From the NCBI GenBank assembly GCA_964016885.1, contig OZ024743.1, forward strand, positions 27,218,001-27,282,000: 64,000 nt of DNA. The letters run 5' to 3'. Below the pieces are notes generated by a model. That model saw only the letters and a program-made list of their open reading frames with translations, searched no databases and was not told where the DNA came from. Position numbers and translations under genes: made by a program. Shown piece after piece: positions 1-12,812 of the stretch. The DNA comes from Eledone cirrhosa (lineage: Eukaryota). The stretch's first letter is position 1; each line of letters begins with the position of its first letter.

Positions 1-399
1 ATTAGAATAATAAAGACACCGAAGAAAAGTTTTCTATAAAAGAAATATATATATATTTCAAGAAAAGTCTTAAAACACGTCAATGTTATAAATCCTGCAA
101 ACATTTTTAAATTAGAAACTTTTAAATGAATATTTATTTTTCAACAACGGCAGATTTATATTCTAAAAGAAGCCTCATTTAAAACCAGAGCGACGTAAAT
201 TTATCTTCTCTTTTTCTCTCTCTACAATTCTCGAATATTGCTTCTTTTTTTTTAACAATGATTCTTTCACTAGCATCTTATATAACTTTACTCATTATAA
301 ATCGCCTCTTTTAAGGATTTAAGCACACTAATTAGATCAATTATATTTCTTTGAATAATAATACATGCATCTTCACTAACAGAACTACCACTACCAACA

Positions 400-400
400 C

Positions 401-433
<33 letters not shown>

Positions 434-473
434 TATCAACATCATCGTCATTACCATCCTGATTATCACATCA
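400..473. repeat. (CAT)n microsatellite
   Basis: Visible catcatcat run directly upstream of a CRE fragment. Confidence 0.9.
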
Positions 474-504
474 TAAGATTATTGGTTCATTGTATTGAGT
501 CTTT

Positions 505-840
505 GACCCTGTCCGCAACCTGGTGCAGTCTGCAACTAACCCAGGTTCTGCTGCACGTCGGGCTGAGGAGGCCAAACTCTTCAAATACCGGTCGCTCTCT
601 GACAGGTTTGCGGTTGTACCTTTGGCAGTGGTGACTTCTAGTGTCCTCGGCCCTAGGGTTACCTCCCTACTCACCACCATAGGCGCCGAGCTGGTTAGCC
701 GCAGGTGTAAGTCTCGGGAGCTGGAATGGCTTTTCCGGCGCGTCTCCCTTGCCGTCCTCCGAAGAAACGCCTTCTCCATTCTGTTCGCCGGGGCTGTGGG
801 GAGGCCACCAATATGATTGACTGACTTGTCATTTTATCAG
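505..840 (+). mobile_element. CRE-clade non-LTR retrotransposon 3' fragment (family A), C-terminal restriction-like endonuclease tail plus 3' UTR
   Basis: ORF 523-816 AARRAEEAK..KY..FAVVPLAV.TS.VLGP..WLFRRVSLAVLRRNAFSI; same 3' UTR (atatgattgactgacttgtcattttatca) as the copy at 51045-51298. Confidence 0.8.
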
Positions 841-1234
841 TCAGATGTGTTTATATATTTAATTAGATTATTGGTTCCAGCACCAACAATATTTTTTCTA
901 TATAGGCAAAACGTCCCAGCCAGCTCGATGAAGCGAGATTCAGTTAGGAAGACCAGTAGTAATATAAATAAACAAAACTATTTGAAATAGAAATTAAACA
1001 CTTCACTTAGGATTTTCGTTAACAACGTTACCATTTTACCATCCTAAACAATATATCAATAAACATAGTTTCCACAACAAAACTAGCACAGCAACAACAA
1101 CAACGCTACCACCAGCAGTGGTAGCAACAGCAGCGACAGCAGCAGCAGGAATAACAATATCGATAATGATAATTTATTACCCGAGCAAAAAATAACAAAT
1201 TTACGAGGTAGGTAAATGAGTTTGTGAGTATAAT

Positions 1235-1353
1235 TGTTTCTACTTTTAGCACAAGGCCAGCAATTATTTCAGCGTATTACTGGTACTTTATTTTATCGAC
1301 CCCGTAAGGATGAAAGGCAAAGTTAAAGGGTTGTATCTCTTTATGGTCTGAGT
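1235..1353 (-). mobile_element. tRNA-derived SINE family A, truncated with a short inverted segment
   Basis: Reverse complement of SINE body; flanked by 18-bp direct repeat tgagtttgtgagtataat at 1217-1234 and 1349-1366. Confidence 0.8.
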
Positions 1354-1456
1354 TTGTGAGTATAATGATGTAACGTAAGTGTAGTATAATGTCTCTAAAT
1401 TGAGATGATATGGTTTGATGCATACACGCGTGGTTAAGAAACTCGCTTTAGAAATT

Positions 1457-1529
<73 letters not shown>

Positions 1530-2274
1530 ATATGTATGTATGCAGGTATGAATTCTTGTATGTATGTATGGAGGGGAATACTTAATTTGGTGCCCGTATG
1601 TGCGGTTCGCCTATTGGGAGTGAGTGAGCCTCTAGTGCTTGTTAGGACATTATCTGGAAGTACGACTCGATGTCAACTAATGATTTTCACCTGTTCTTTT
1701 ATTTTTTGGATACCGGCTACCGTTGTTCAGAGAATGGTATTGGTCCAGTGAAATACCCTTTTTTCACTTAAAACAGCTTTAAGTATAGGTATCACTTAAT
1801 CTAAACGGCGTCCACGGGTGCTGCATATTCAGAAAGGAATTTAAGGTCCTGTTCGTGTCAGTCATGTGTGATAAAAAACGTGAAGAAAAGAGATGACAAT
1901 TCTCGAAACTGAGGTGCAGTCATTTTGTAAGCATGCATTCATGTATATATATCTACACACACACACACACACACATGCACATATATATATATACATATGC
2001 AAAAGGCAAACAGAAATAACAAAGCAATTGACACAGTACGATGAAGAATATATTATTAGTTTTACGCTTGATATAATAGGAAAAGAGTCTTAACGTTTCA
2101 GACGCTAGTCTTTCAGAAAATAGAATGAGAAATTAAAGAAGAAATAGAAAGACAGAGGAGACTGGGCAATGATTGATCCGAAAAAAAAAAATTTCTTTGA
2201 GAAAAAAGCTGGTCTATTCATGTCGCCATCTTTTGAAAACCTGCTGGTGTTATTGTAGACGTTGATCTTGTTTT

Positions 2275-2968
2275 AAAACGGTTTCAAGATGAAATAAATT
2301 AGTTCATATATATTTTATACAAATTAATTCAGGTTATAGAAATTTAAAATTTCCCAAAGACTTTGTAATAAACATATATACTAAACCATACACTCATATG
2401 AATATATATGCGTGTGTGTGTGTGTGAGGTATATACACACCTATATAGGTATGTATATATACATATTCAGAAATTCGTTTTAGAATATAAAATCTGGAGA
2501 GGTGTAGGTGAAAAAGTTATATCAGCTCAAAATACAATAATTTATTATAATAAACTGTACACACAGCTATATATAATCAAAAAAATTATATGAACTCCTA
2601 CTGCGCTAGATTATTCAAACGTAGAGCGATTATCCATTAAAATATGTTACCAAACACTATTATTTATGATATAAATAATAGTGTTTGGTAATATATATAT
2701 ATATATATATGTGTGTATAGATACACACACACATATATATATACACACATACATACATATATATATTTATATATATATATACACATATATACACCTATAT
2801 ACACATATACACACGCATGCATATATTCATATGTATGTGGTTTAGTAAATATGTTGAACACAATACCCAGCAGGTTTATTATAAAATCATTGTACAATTT
2901 TAAACTTCTATAACCTGAATTCATCTGTTTAAAATAAACGTGAACTAATTTATTTCATCTTGAAAACG
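2275..2968. repeat. Diverged inverted repeat, arms about 2275-2440 and 2790-2968
   Basis: ttcaagatgaaataaattagttca pairs with tgaactaatttatttcatcttgaa; attcaggttatagaa pairs with ttctataacctgaat. Confidence 0.8.
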
Positions 2969-3045
2969 TGAATATCCCCTGTGAAACATGAATGTGGATT
3001 TTCTGATGTTGGGGAAACTTGCATAAAACTATTGAAATGAATAAC

Positions 3046-3247
3046 TCTTTCTAATAGAGACACAAGGCCAGCAAGACTCAGGGAAGGGAAAATCGATTGC
3101 TACAACCTCAGTATGTGACTCGTACCTTACCTTATAAAAAGTAAAGTTAATCTCAGCCGGATTTGAACTTAGAACGTAAAGGGTCAGAGTTAAATGCCAG
3201 TCAGTATTTTATCTGACGGTCTCATAATTTTGCCAATGCAGCGCCCA
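3046..3247 (-). mobile_element. SINE family A, diverged long-tail variant
   Basis: Reverse-complement B box (ggatttgaact) and cacaaggccagcaa tail. Confidence 0.7.
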
Positions 3248-3305
3248 GGTGATAATAATAATAATAATAATATTAATAACAACGACAACAATAATATTAA
3301 GGATA

Positions 3306-3494
3306 ACTGTTTCTACTTTTGGCACAAGGCCAGCAATTACTCAGTGCATTACTGGTACTTTATTTTATCGACCCCGTAAGGATGAAAGGCAAAGTCAACC
3401 TCGGCGGCATTTGAACTCAGAATGTAAAAGGCCATTACTCTATGCTCCAAAGCATGGTGTCTGACGCTCTATCGATACTGCCAAACCACCGCTC
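3306..3494 (-). mobile_element. SINE family A, full length
   Basis: Reverse complement of A box TGGCAGTATCG, B box GAGTTCAAAT and central ctttcatccttacggggtcgataaaataaagtaccag. Confidence 0.9.
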
Positions 3495-3689
3495 TAACAA
3501 CAATAACAACTCCGCAATCAAGAATCGCCTTTATTCAGTTTCATTTTCAACCAGTTACTGAATCGGGTAAATGTGTTTCTTTAGTTTCGTATCAACAAAT
3601 TATTTAATACCCTTTCACAGGAAAACCATAAACAAATCTATTTCAAATAACAATAACACTACAGATATATAAACAGGGAACATCAAGGA

Positions 3690-4010
3690 AAAGGCAATGG
3701 CTCTAGTGTCACAGAAAAATGGGAGGAAGGAAGGTGATGGTCTTTAGGTCTAGGGTGCAGTGGTGATGGGGTTGCGCCCCGCGGACAAGGCCGCCAAAAC
3801 ATTTCCGCGGACTATGGCCAGTGACACCCGCTGCAACAGCCACCCCACCTCGTGGGGCTCCTTCCTTAGACGGGTTGCTGAAGTTCCGACCTTGCGGAGG
3901 TCCTCGGCAGTACGGGGTCCAAGTACGCCTGAGGTCTCGACATGACCTGTGCAAAGAGGAAGCGGCCGGACAATTCCCGGTATTTGTTTGTCTTCCTTTA
4001 CTCTGCCTTA
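3690..4010 (-). mobile_element. CRE-clade 3' fragment (family B)
   Basis: Minus strand reads KTNKYRELSGRFLF..ETSGVLGPRTAE..WLLQRVSLAIVRGN; similar to 21480-21960 and 55783-56015. Confidence 0.75.
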
Positions 4011-4076
4011 CTTGCGAGTCGCAGTATTCGGTCCTGTCTAAGAAAATCGTATGATTGTAAGACTCTTATAAAACAA

Positions 4077-4095
4077 ACACACACACGCACACGCG

Positions 4096-4186
<91 letters not shown>
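4077..4186. repeat. (CA)n microsatellite
   Basis: Direct observation. Confidence 0.95.
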
Positions 4187-4188
<2 letters not shown>

Positions 4189-4620
4189 ATTCAAATATGG
4201 TGATTTGTGCTACAATGACAGGAGACATGACTTTTAATGAAAGGTGAACAACGAGAAAAATCATCCGCCACATCGGCGTCAAAAAGGGTTACAAACATTA
4301 TGAAAGAGCAAGATTTGTTCAATACCAATAGTCTGTTCAAAACAACACAAAATTAGTTTGTTTTACACAAGCCATCACCACTCCAAAGTGAAATGAAGAA
4401 ATATCGATGTTTCATTTCAGACTGCTACTTTATAACGTTTGAAACTTTCTTTGAACATGCTTCACTGACTGAAAAGACCAGAAAGCTCACAAGAAATAAC
4501 AGAAGATACACGTTCTGCTTCTTATTGGCGCCAGAGACTCGCCTTCAACATGCACTGAAGAATGTTTTCATTAAAATGATTATCATTCTAATTATATTCG
4601 GTTTTAAAATTATAATACAT

Positions 4621-5003
4621 AATTCGCAGAATAATGGGAAGAACTCAACGCAACGAAACTCTTAAAACAGCAAAATAGCGTCAATGACAGCATCGAGTAA
4701 AATTTACCTCAATGGTTAGAAATCAGCGGCTAGAAGTGTGTTGGCCCGCAAAAGTGGTAGGAAGAAAGGGAGAAAAGAAGAAAATGGACGAGAGAAGAAC
4801 ACACATACATTTATTTAAATTGTGTGATCTTCTCTCATCCATTTTCTTCCTGTTCTTATTTCTTCCTATCTTTTTCTGCGTTCCAACACACTTCTAACTG
4901 CTGATTTCTAATCTTTGAGGTACATTTTACTCGATGCTGTCATTGGTGGCATTTCTCTGTTTTAACTTCCTTACGTTGAGTTTTTCCCATTATTCTATGA
5001 ATT
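4621..5003. repeat. Diverged palindrome of about 380 bp centred near 4813
   Basis: caatgacagcatcgagtaaaat pairs with attttactcgatgctgtcattg; agaagtgtgttgg pairs with ccaacacacttct. Confidence 0.9.
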
Positions 5004-6023
5004 CTAATACACTCCCGCTTTAAACTCGATATTCGAGATCAATGAGTTTATAATACATATTTCAAATATGCAGACATTATGTAGAACTTGTGCCTTAAGT
5101 AGAAACAATTATGTAGAATACTAGATATAAAACAAAACCAAATAAAAGGGAAATAAAAAAACCAAACCAAACCAGAACGTGAAGTTTAAATATAGCAGAT
5201 GTACGCACAGTTTGATTGCAGAAGAAATTGTAAACCATTTAATTTGAAAATATAATCAATGCCAAGCGAAGTGGAGAATCCTAAGCTTTTAGATAAAATT
5301 AACAGAGGGAGATAAAACGACAGCAACTACAACAGGAGTCACAACAATAGTAACTGTATTATCACCAACAACAGGATTCATAACAACCGGAATAACAACC
5401 ATAGCGCCATCATTATTAGCGTCTTTAATTTCTGACTGTAAATTACATTTTCGTTTGATTTACTCATGTTAAGTAAATACATTTAATTAGAAGTAAATTT
5501 TATTAGAAAATGAAACTCTAGAATTGATGTTAACACTTTTTATTATTAAAATATGGCTATATAATCGTGGTTTTATATTTTAGACATCAGCTGTCGGTGG
5601 CGGTTGGTGATTTATGCTTCTTCTAAAGGCCATATTTTTTCGTTATTCTATCATATTATTACTTCAGATTTTTTTCTTCAGAAAATCTCAGATATATTTT
5701 ATTTATGAGCAGCAAGGGAAAGAAGATACTACCAAAAGCAATTCACTGAAAATATTAAGAGTGGGAGTTATTTCTGAGTAGTACGTGGTGAAAGAACAGA
5801 CATTTTGGTGATTCTCATGATGTTAAGATTAAATTCACGTCTCTATATCATCATTGTTGTATACGTGGAGGTGTCTATTAGTAAAAGGTTTGTATATAAC
5901 CACTATGGTAAAATAATGAAGGCATTACCATTAGAATATATGGAGGTCGGTAGTTCGTATCAAGGGGGAAATAATAGAATTCAAAATATAAAAACTACGT
6001 TAATCATGATTACCGTAAGTGGG

Positions 6024-6180
6024 TGTAGGCATAGCTGAGGAGTTAAGAAATTCAATCAAAACTTCTTGGTTCGACCCTATTTTGTGGAATCTTGAGCAAA
6101 TGACTTTTACCTTAGCCTCGGATTAGCCTAAGCTTATGAGTGAAAATTGAGTTGATGGAAACTGTGTGGAAGCTCGTCGG
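6024..6180 (+). mobile_element. Degenerate tRNA/CORE-type SINE (third family)
   Basis: tRNA-like head (tagctgaggagttaag...ggttcgaccc), cttgagcaa CORE-like segment, ggaaactgtgtggaagctcgtcg tail. Confidence 0.5.
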
Positions 6181-6766
6181 ATAGAATGTATCTACCTACA
6201 ATTCAGAAGTTCATCCTTGTCACATTATTTTACGCTGATTCTGAATTCATAGGACGTTCAGTTGTCTGAAAAACTGAATATTCATCATCGAAACCGTGGA
6301 AGATCTACGAATGTCTCTAAATGCGGTAAACATTATGATACCATTCGTATACTAGAAGTAAATATATAATTACTAGGTGAATAGTAGTAAACAGTGGCAA
6401 ATATATAAAACTGCTTTTGAACCTATATTTTGATTCGTTTTCAATAACCGTATTGCCAGAGATACCAGGAAACATTAATTCTAGATGTTATTATGTTCAA
6501 AATAATATTCCATTGTATTGTTCATAATATCTTCTACAGAATATATATCATAGTATTGTTGGTAATATTGTTTGGAAAATGTCATTGCTTTTTTTATTGA
6601 TTAGATGAATTAGTTGATTGGATGTATTGTAAATTGAGTAAAAATAAGTGACTGAAGGCAAAGAGAGAGGAAGAGAGAGAGGGAAGGAGAGGAGGGAATT
6701 AAACAGATAGAGAAATAAAGCGAGAGGGATCCCATCCATTGAAAATAAGACAATGTTTATTTAATG

Positions 6767-6826
<60 letters not shown>

Positions 6827-7343
6827 TCGAAAGTAAGGTTTTTTTAATATACACCACACGGGCAAAAATATAGGAAAAAGAAGTTGAAAATGATGCATTG
6901 GAGTTTTTACGAAGGTTTATTTACAATCATATATATAACGTTACTGGTTTCACAAGTTTCAGGATGTGTGGCTATGTCAACATATATTTAGTGAGGCTGT
7001 GCCGATATATATTTAGTCAACACAATACGCAACAGGCGTAATACCTTGTATTTATATGTAAACAGATCAAAAGCCTGGTATTTGGATAAATCGAACTAGT
7101 TTTAATCCCGCATTGGGTTTCTCCACCACCGATTGATTACCTTCTTTTCTGACCACAGAGACACTGCTTATCGACACACAACTGCTTAGGTTTGAACTAC
7201 ATTCGAAATGTCAATTTATATACATAAGGCCTTCTTGGCAGCGAGTTGGATTAATAAATTATTAGTACCTTTCAGTGATTTGTTTCAATGTTATTATATA
7301 CTGTACTATATTATATACTGTACTATATTATATACTGTATAGG

Positions 7344-7533
7344 TAGGTGGATTGGCAGTATCGGTAGAGGGTAAGACGCCATGCTTTGCAGCAAAGAGTT
7401 ACAGCCCTTTATGATCTGAGTTCAAATCCCGCCGAGGTCAACTTTCCCTTTCATCCTTACGGGGTCGATAAAATAAAGTACCAGTAATACACTGGAATAA
7501 TTGCTGGCCCTCTGCCAAAAGTAGAAACAATTA
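7344..7533 (+). mobile_element. SINE family A, full length (tRNA head; central motif resembles the Meta-SINE domain)
   Basis: A box TGGCAGTATCGG, B box GAGTTCAAATCC, central ctttcatccttacggggtcgataaaataaagtaccag, tail agtagaaacaatt. Confidence 0.9.
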
Positions 7534-8885
7534 TACAAGATATATCTATAAAATGTTAGCCAACTCTGTATGTAGAGATAGATGTAAACAGCGTGTTTTA
7601 TAGATTAAGAATAATCACCTGAACTTCTTTTCTCCTGTGTTGGGATCTCATGAGTGTCTGGATATTATTTTTAACTGTCCACAGAGATACTGATCATAAA
7701 CTTACTATTGCTAAGGGCTAACGTAAGTTGGATATATCAGACATGGTGTTTACCTTTGTCTGTAAATCTAGAGCTGTATACAAGTCAATAGGTATATCCT
7801 GTAGTAGATTATTACATTGATATAAAAACACTGCCAACGGACTAATAATTTATCAATATTGATTGAATTTGGTATCACACATTTAATTATAAATATTCTT
7901 ACGTCAATGTCGATGATTTAAGTATAAATTGGTGCTGGTTTAGCTCCATCACAGTATGATCTGTCAGATCTCTTTCCCGTCTTTCTGAATATCTAGAACA
8001 ACGTTGTCCTGTGTGTCCTTCCTATTCTAAAACAGAAGGGTGTGATTTTAGAGATATTTGCCTGCTATTTCTAGCAAACTAAGCGTTGGCTCGCATAAGT
8101 ATCATTAATATATTAAGTTAAATGATTAAAAGAAATTTAGCTAAACTATAGTTACTTCTTTATAAAATGTCGAAGGATTAACCAATTCAGTTTTATGAAC
8201 TAAAGTTTTATTTATCTCCCCATTAGCTGATAAAATACAAAAATAAAATCTTCTAAAGTGGTGTCATGTCTGACACAGCTGTTGACTGCTTATATATTCA
8301 CGCAGTTATCAATGTATGTTAGCAAGACCCTCCCAGCAGGAAGGCCTAATAATTATAAGAAGGGATGAGTTTTGAAAGCTTTTGAAATGGCAAGATTTAA
8401 ATTAACAATGAACAACCGCAAGGAGAAATAATGTATTGGCAAATTGACAATATTAATATAAGCTTGAAAGATCAATAGTCATAATACACTACACGTACAG
8501 AGAATCTTCACCAACTCGTTGATAATTAAGCTACCATTCGTGTCCAATTCAGGTATGATGCCTGTCAATACGGAATGATAAGTTTAAGTATATGGCATAT
8601 AATCACGTATGTATCTGAATGATGAAGAAAACGATGCCAAATCGGAAATATTACTCAATAAAATAATACTCACCATTCAGTGTACGTCTATAAAAAGTAA
8701 TTAAAGTCAATATATGTGTCACAAATTGTAATAGTCACTATATGTAGATATGGCTGCTGTTTAACTAATAACACGGTAGCTTTCAATATTACCAGTGTCT
8801 TCAACAGTAGAGACAATTACAGAAGATTTAAATGCGTAGTTACTGTATGTGGAAATGAATGTTGTTTAACTAATAATGGCTTTCA

Positions 8886-9064
8886 GCAGTATTGGTAGAG
8901 AGTCAGACGCCATGCTTTCCAGCATAGAGTTACGGCCCTTGCTATTCTGAGTTCAAATCCTGCCGAGGTTAACTTTGCCTTTCATCCTTACGGGGGTCGA
9001 TAAAATAAAGTACCAGTAATGCACTGGGTAATTGTTGGCCTTGTGCCAAAAGTAGAAACAATTA
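8886..9064 (+). mobile_element. SINE family A
   Basis: Near-identical to 7344-7533. Confidence 0.9.
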
Positions 9065-9182
9065 TTTCTGGTGTCTTCTACGTTAGAAACAATTACAGGA
9101 CATATAACCCTTTTAATACCTTAGAGATATAGATCCTCCAATAATGCTTGCATTCTACTGAATTATCTTTGAAATGTTCATT

Positions 9183-9343
9183 CGGACGCCATGCTTTGAC
9201 ACATAGAGTTACGGCCCTTGCCATTCTGAGTTCAAATCCCGCCGAGGTTAACTTTGCCTTTCATCCTTACGGGGTCGATAAAATAAAGTACCAGTAATGT
9301 ACTGAATAATTGTTGGCCTTGTGCCAAAAGTAGAAACAATTAT
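9183..9343 (+). mobile_element. SINE family A, 5'-truncated
   Basis: Near-identical body and tail. Confidence 0.9.
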
Positions 9344-9418
9344 TTATAAAAACAAATCACTATTGAAAAGGTTAAATGTAATGATTATGGAATATGCTAG
9401 AGGATATGTTTCTGCATT

Positions 9419-9604
9419 GGTGAATTGGCAATATTGGTAGAGGGTTGGGCGCCATGCTTTCTAGCATAGTTACGTCCCTTTACGGTCTGAGTTCAAATCC
9501 CGTCGAGGTTAACTTTGCCATTCATCCTTACGGGGTCGATAAAATAAAGTACCAGTAATGTACAGAGTAATTGCTGGGCTTGTACCAAAAGCAGAAACAA
9601 TTAT
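9419..9604 (+). mobile_element. SINE family A
   Basis: A and B boxes plus body. Confidence 0.9.
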
Positions 9605-9730
9605 TTGGCTTCATCACCATAGTATAGCTTCACCGTTGCTGATTAGCAACTGGGGTGATCAGCTCATATATAATAAGGTATTTTTCGACCTTTTAATGAT
9701 TCTACAAATCACCATTATATTAACTATAAT

Positions 9731-9875
9731 AATGGTTTCTACTTTTGGCACAAGGCCAGCAATTACCCAGTACATTACTGGTACTTTATTTTATAGACCC
9801 CGTAAGGATGAAAGGCAAAGTTAACCTCGGCGGGATTTGAACTCAGAATGGCAAGGGCCGTAACTCTATGCGTCA
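9731..9875 (-). mobile_element. SINE family A, 5'-truncated
   Basis: Reverse complement of body and tail. Confidence 0.9.
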
Positions 9876-10110
9876 ATGCCCGTAAAAATAATTTAAAATT
9901 GATTGATAAATTAATCATAAGTAGTATGTATGTAGGTATGTATGTATGCATTATGTGTGTATGTGTGTATGTATATGTATATATGTATGTGTGCATGTGT
10001 ATGTATGTATGTATGTATGTGTGTATGTATGTATATGTGTATGTGTGTATGTATGTATATGTGTATGTATGTATGTGTATATGTATATATGTATGTGTGT
10101 ACATATGTAT

Positions 10111-10331
10111 GTTCTGGTTTTATAATTTCACAAATTTTTACCAATAGAGAGAGTCGGTTTCTAACATAGACACAAGACTCTTTCATTGGAATTTACACAA
10201 CATCAACTAGGTAGATATGTATGTATGCCTGCATGCCTGCATGTGTAGATATGGATGTTATTGTATGTGCGGATTGTACTTGTAAATTCCTAACTAGTTG
10301 TGTTCATTCTGTTCCTGTGGAACCTAGCTTC
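10111..10331 (-). mobile_element. Dong/R4 LINE 3' fragment (truncated, internally deleted) within (TATG)n
   Basis: Matches 24722-24880 joined to 25001-25061; TATG repeats on both sides. Confidence 0.85.
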
Positions 10332-10697
10332 ATGTATGTATGTATGTATGTATGTATGTATGTGTGTATGTATGTGTGTATGCATGCAATGTACATATGT
10401 CTGTATATTCATGTTTGCATTTTAGTACACGCACACACACATACACACACACACATATATATATATATATATGAAAAGTAAGAATGTTTTGGGGGCTGCT
10501 ACAATACAGACAGAGTTATAAATATTGAGTGGGTCCCTGAATATCGTAGATTTATGCCAAATTGCTTGTCTTCTGGTCTATAAGTAAATTATAAAAGTAC
10601 GTATGTTAATCTCATAAATATATCACCACATATGAATCTACATTATCGAAATGTTCCATAAAATATTTTATTCAAACTTAATCATGTATCTTTATGA

Positions 10698-10855
10698 GAC
10701 GGCGAATTGGCAGGGTTGTTAAAATGTCGAGTAGAATGTTTGGCAGCATTCGTTCTGGTTCTCTGCGTCCTGAGTGAGAATCCCGCCGCAGTTAACATTT
10801 TTTCCGACCTATCCTGATCGATAAATGATGTGTCAATCAAATGCCGTGGTCAGTT
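10698..10855 (+). mobile_element. SINE family A, old degenerate copy
   Basis: ggcgaattggcag head, ctgagt..aatcccgccg, tcgataaa. Confidence 0.55.
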
Positions 10856-11306
10856 CTTCTGTTAGATCTCTATATCAATTTTATTTCTTGTTTCATTATC
10901 TAGACGAAAATCGTCTGTGTTGAGACATGGGGATGGATTGGTTCAACTAAGTTTAAAATGCTCAAGGCTTGCTACGTGTTAATTCGGCGCTCGGACGACT
11001 CTATCAGTTATACGCGGAGAATCTGCAATGTTAGCTTATACGGAAGTCGTTTTCATCCCCATTTAAACCACCCGTTAATGAATTTATGATGGATTATATT
11101 AAAATATTTTAATATCAAATATAAGCAAATGTTTGTATATAATTTCCGTAAATACACGTCTAATTATAGGTAAAGCTTTACTAAAGTTTACGTATAAAGG
11201 ATATGACTAACCTTCGTTTTAAGCATTGGCGAGTCTGTTCGGATGAAAACGTGGTCTGATATATTATTTTATCTTATTTAGTTTTCTCTTTCTATATATA
11301 AAAATT

Positions 11307-11612
11307 GGCACTCCGTCGGTTACGACGATGATTGTTCCAGTTGGTCCGATCAACGGAACAGCCTGCTCGTAAAATTAACGTGCAAGTGGCTGTGCATTCT
11401 TCAAACACGGGTACTTTTAACGTAGTTCTCAGGGAGATTCGGCGTGACACAGACTGTGACAAGGATGCCCTTCGAATTACAGGTACAACTCACTTTTGCG
11501 AGCCGAGTGGACTGGAGCAACGTGGAATAAAGTGTGTTGTTCAAGTGCAGAGTGCGCCACCGGGAATAGAATTCACGGCCTTACGATCTTGAGTCGAATA
11601 CCCTAAGCCACG
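11307..11612 (-). mobile_element. tRNA/CORE SINE family B
   Basis: Reverse complement of 11617-11910. Confidence 0.85.
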
Positions 11613-11616
11613 TGCC

Positions 11617-11910
11617 TGGCTTTGTCGTATTCGGGTCACAATCGTAAGGTCGTCAGTTCGATTCCCGGTGGAGCGTTTTGTCTTTGAGCAAGACACTTTA
11701 TTTCACTTTGCTCCACTCCATTCAATTGACAAAAATGAATTGTACCTGTAATTCGAAGGGCCAGCCTTGTCACACTGAATCTCAATGAGAACTACGATAA
11801 AGGTATACGTCATTATGGAATGCTCAACCACTTGTACGTTAATTTCATGAGCAGGCAGTTCCGTTGATCGGATCAACTACAACACTCGTCGTCGTAACCG
11901 ACGGAGCGCC
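11617..11910 (+). mobile_element. tRNA/CORE SINE family B (OR-type)
   Basis: B box GTTCGATTCCC, CORE-like tgagcaagacactttatttcac..gctccac, tail cgtaaccgacggagcgcc. Confidence 0.85.
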
Positions 11911-12149
11911 TGTTCTATACATATTATGCATCTAACCTAGTTATGTATGTAACCGACCCAAGCTGGAGAATATGCAGAAGGCTGGCGCTAAATGTTTGCA
12001 TATAAAAGATATAAATTATTTACCGTCTTAACCATTTGAGAATCTAAGTAGATGCTAAAGTATCAATGAAAACTTTTAAAACCCTAGTATTTGTAGAGGA
12101 TTAGCTACAACATATGTATAGACAGTTATGGTAGCACATGTGTTCGGTG

Positions 12150-12199
<50 letters not shown>

Positions 12200-12252
12200 G
12201 GAAAAAATGAAACGAAATTTCATTTCCCACTCTTAGTACGGCTGTTACTTAA

Positions 12253-12753
12253 ATATAAGTATGTACACGTACATACATATATGTATACAGACGTACAGTA
12301 GTATGTATATATATATACATACATGCACACATATATATATATATGTACGTATGGATTCACCGAACATTTATTATAATGCTCGGTGTGTTTGTAAACAAGC
12401 ATCCCGTATTAAGCCGTAGTGTCCAGCAACCATCGTCGCTCGTTTGTTCAACACTGACAAAGGAACGCTGTACTAGTTTCAAGCTTATTAGCTATCGTCA
12501 GCAACGTATACCTTCCTACCAGATTGTTGAACGTATATACTTACCTTATGATTAACCCACTCGATATGCAAATTGGGCTACTCAGCCGTTAATATGCGTT
12601 AATACGGGATGTTTGTTTACAAACATACCGAGCATTATAATAAATGTTCGGTGAATCCATACGTACATATATATATGTGTGCATGTATGTGTATATATAT
12701 ACATACTACTGTACGTCTGTATACATATATGTATGTACGCGTACATACTTATA

Positions 12754-12755
<2 letters not shown>
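12253..12755. repeat. Inverted repeat, arms 12253-12412 and 12599-12755, with a hammerhead in the spacer
   Basis: gtatggattcaccgaacatttattataatgctcgg pairs with ccgagcattataataaatgttcggtgaatccatac; flanked by (TA)n and (TC)n(TA)n. Confidence 0.92.
12466..12506 (-). ncRNA. Type I hammerhead ribozyme motif
   Basis: Minus strand CGUUG-CUGACGA-U-AGCU-AAUA-AGCU-U-GAAAC-UA-GUA-CAGCG: intact core, palindromic stem III ACUAGU, GUA cleavage triplet. Confidence 0.8.

Positions 12756-12812
<57 letters not shown>

Noticed and set aside
7344-9875. Repeated units with unique spacers, superficially CRISPR-like or a tRNA cluster
   Set aside because: Units are 150-190-bp SINEs with irregular spacing and mixed orientation; no cloverleaf and no cas genes
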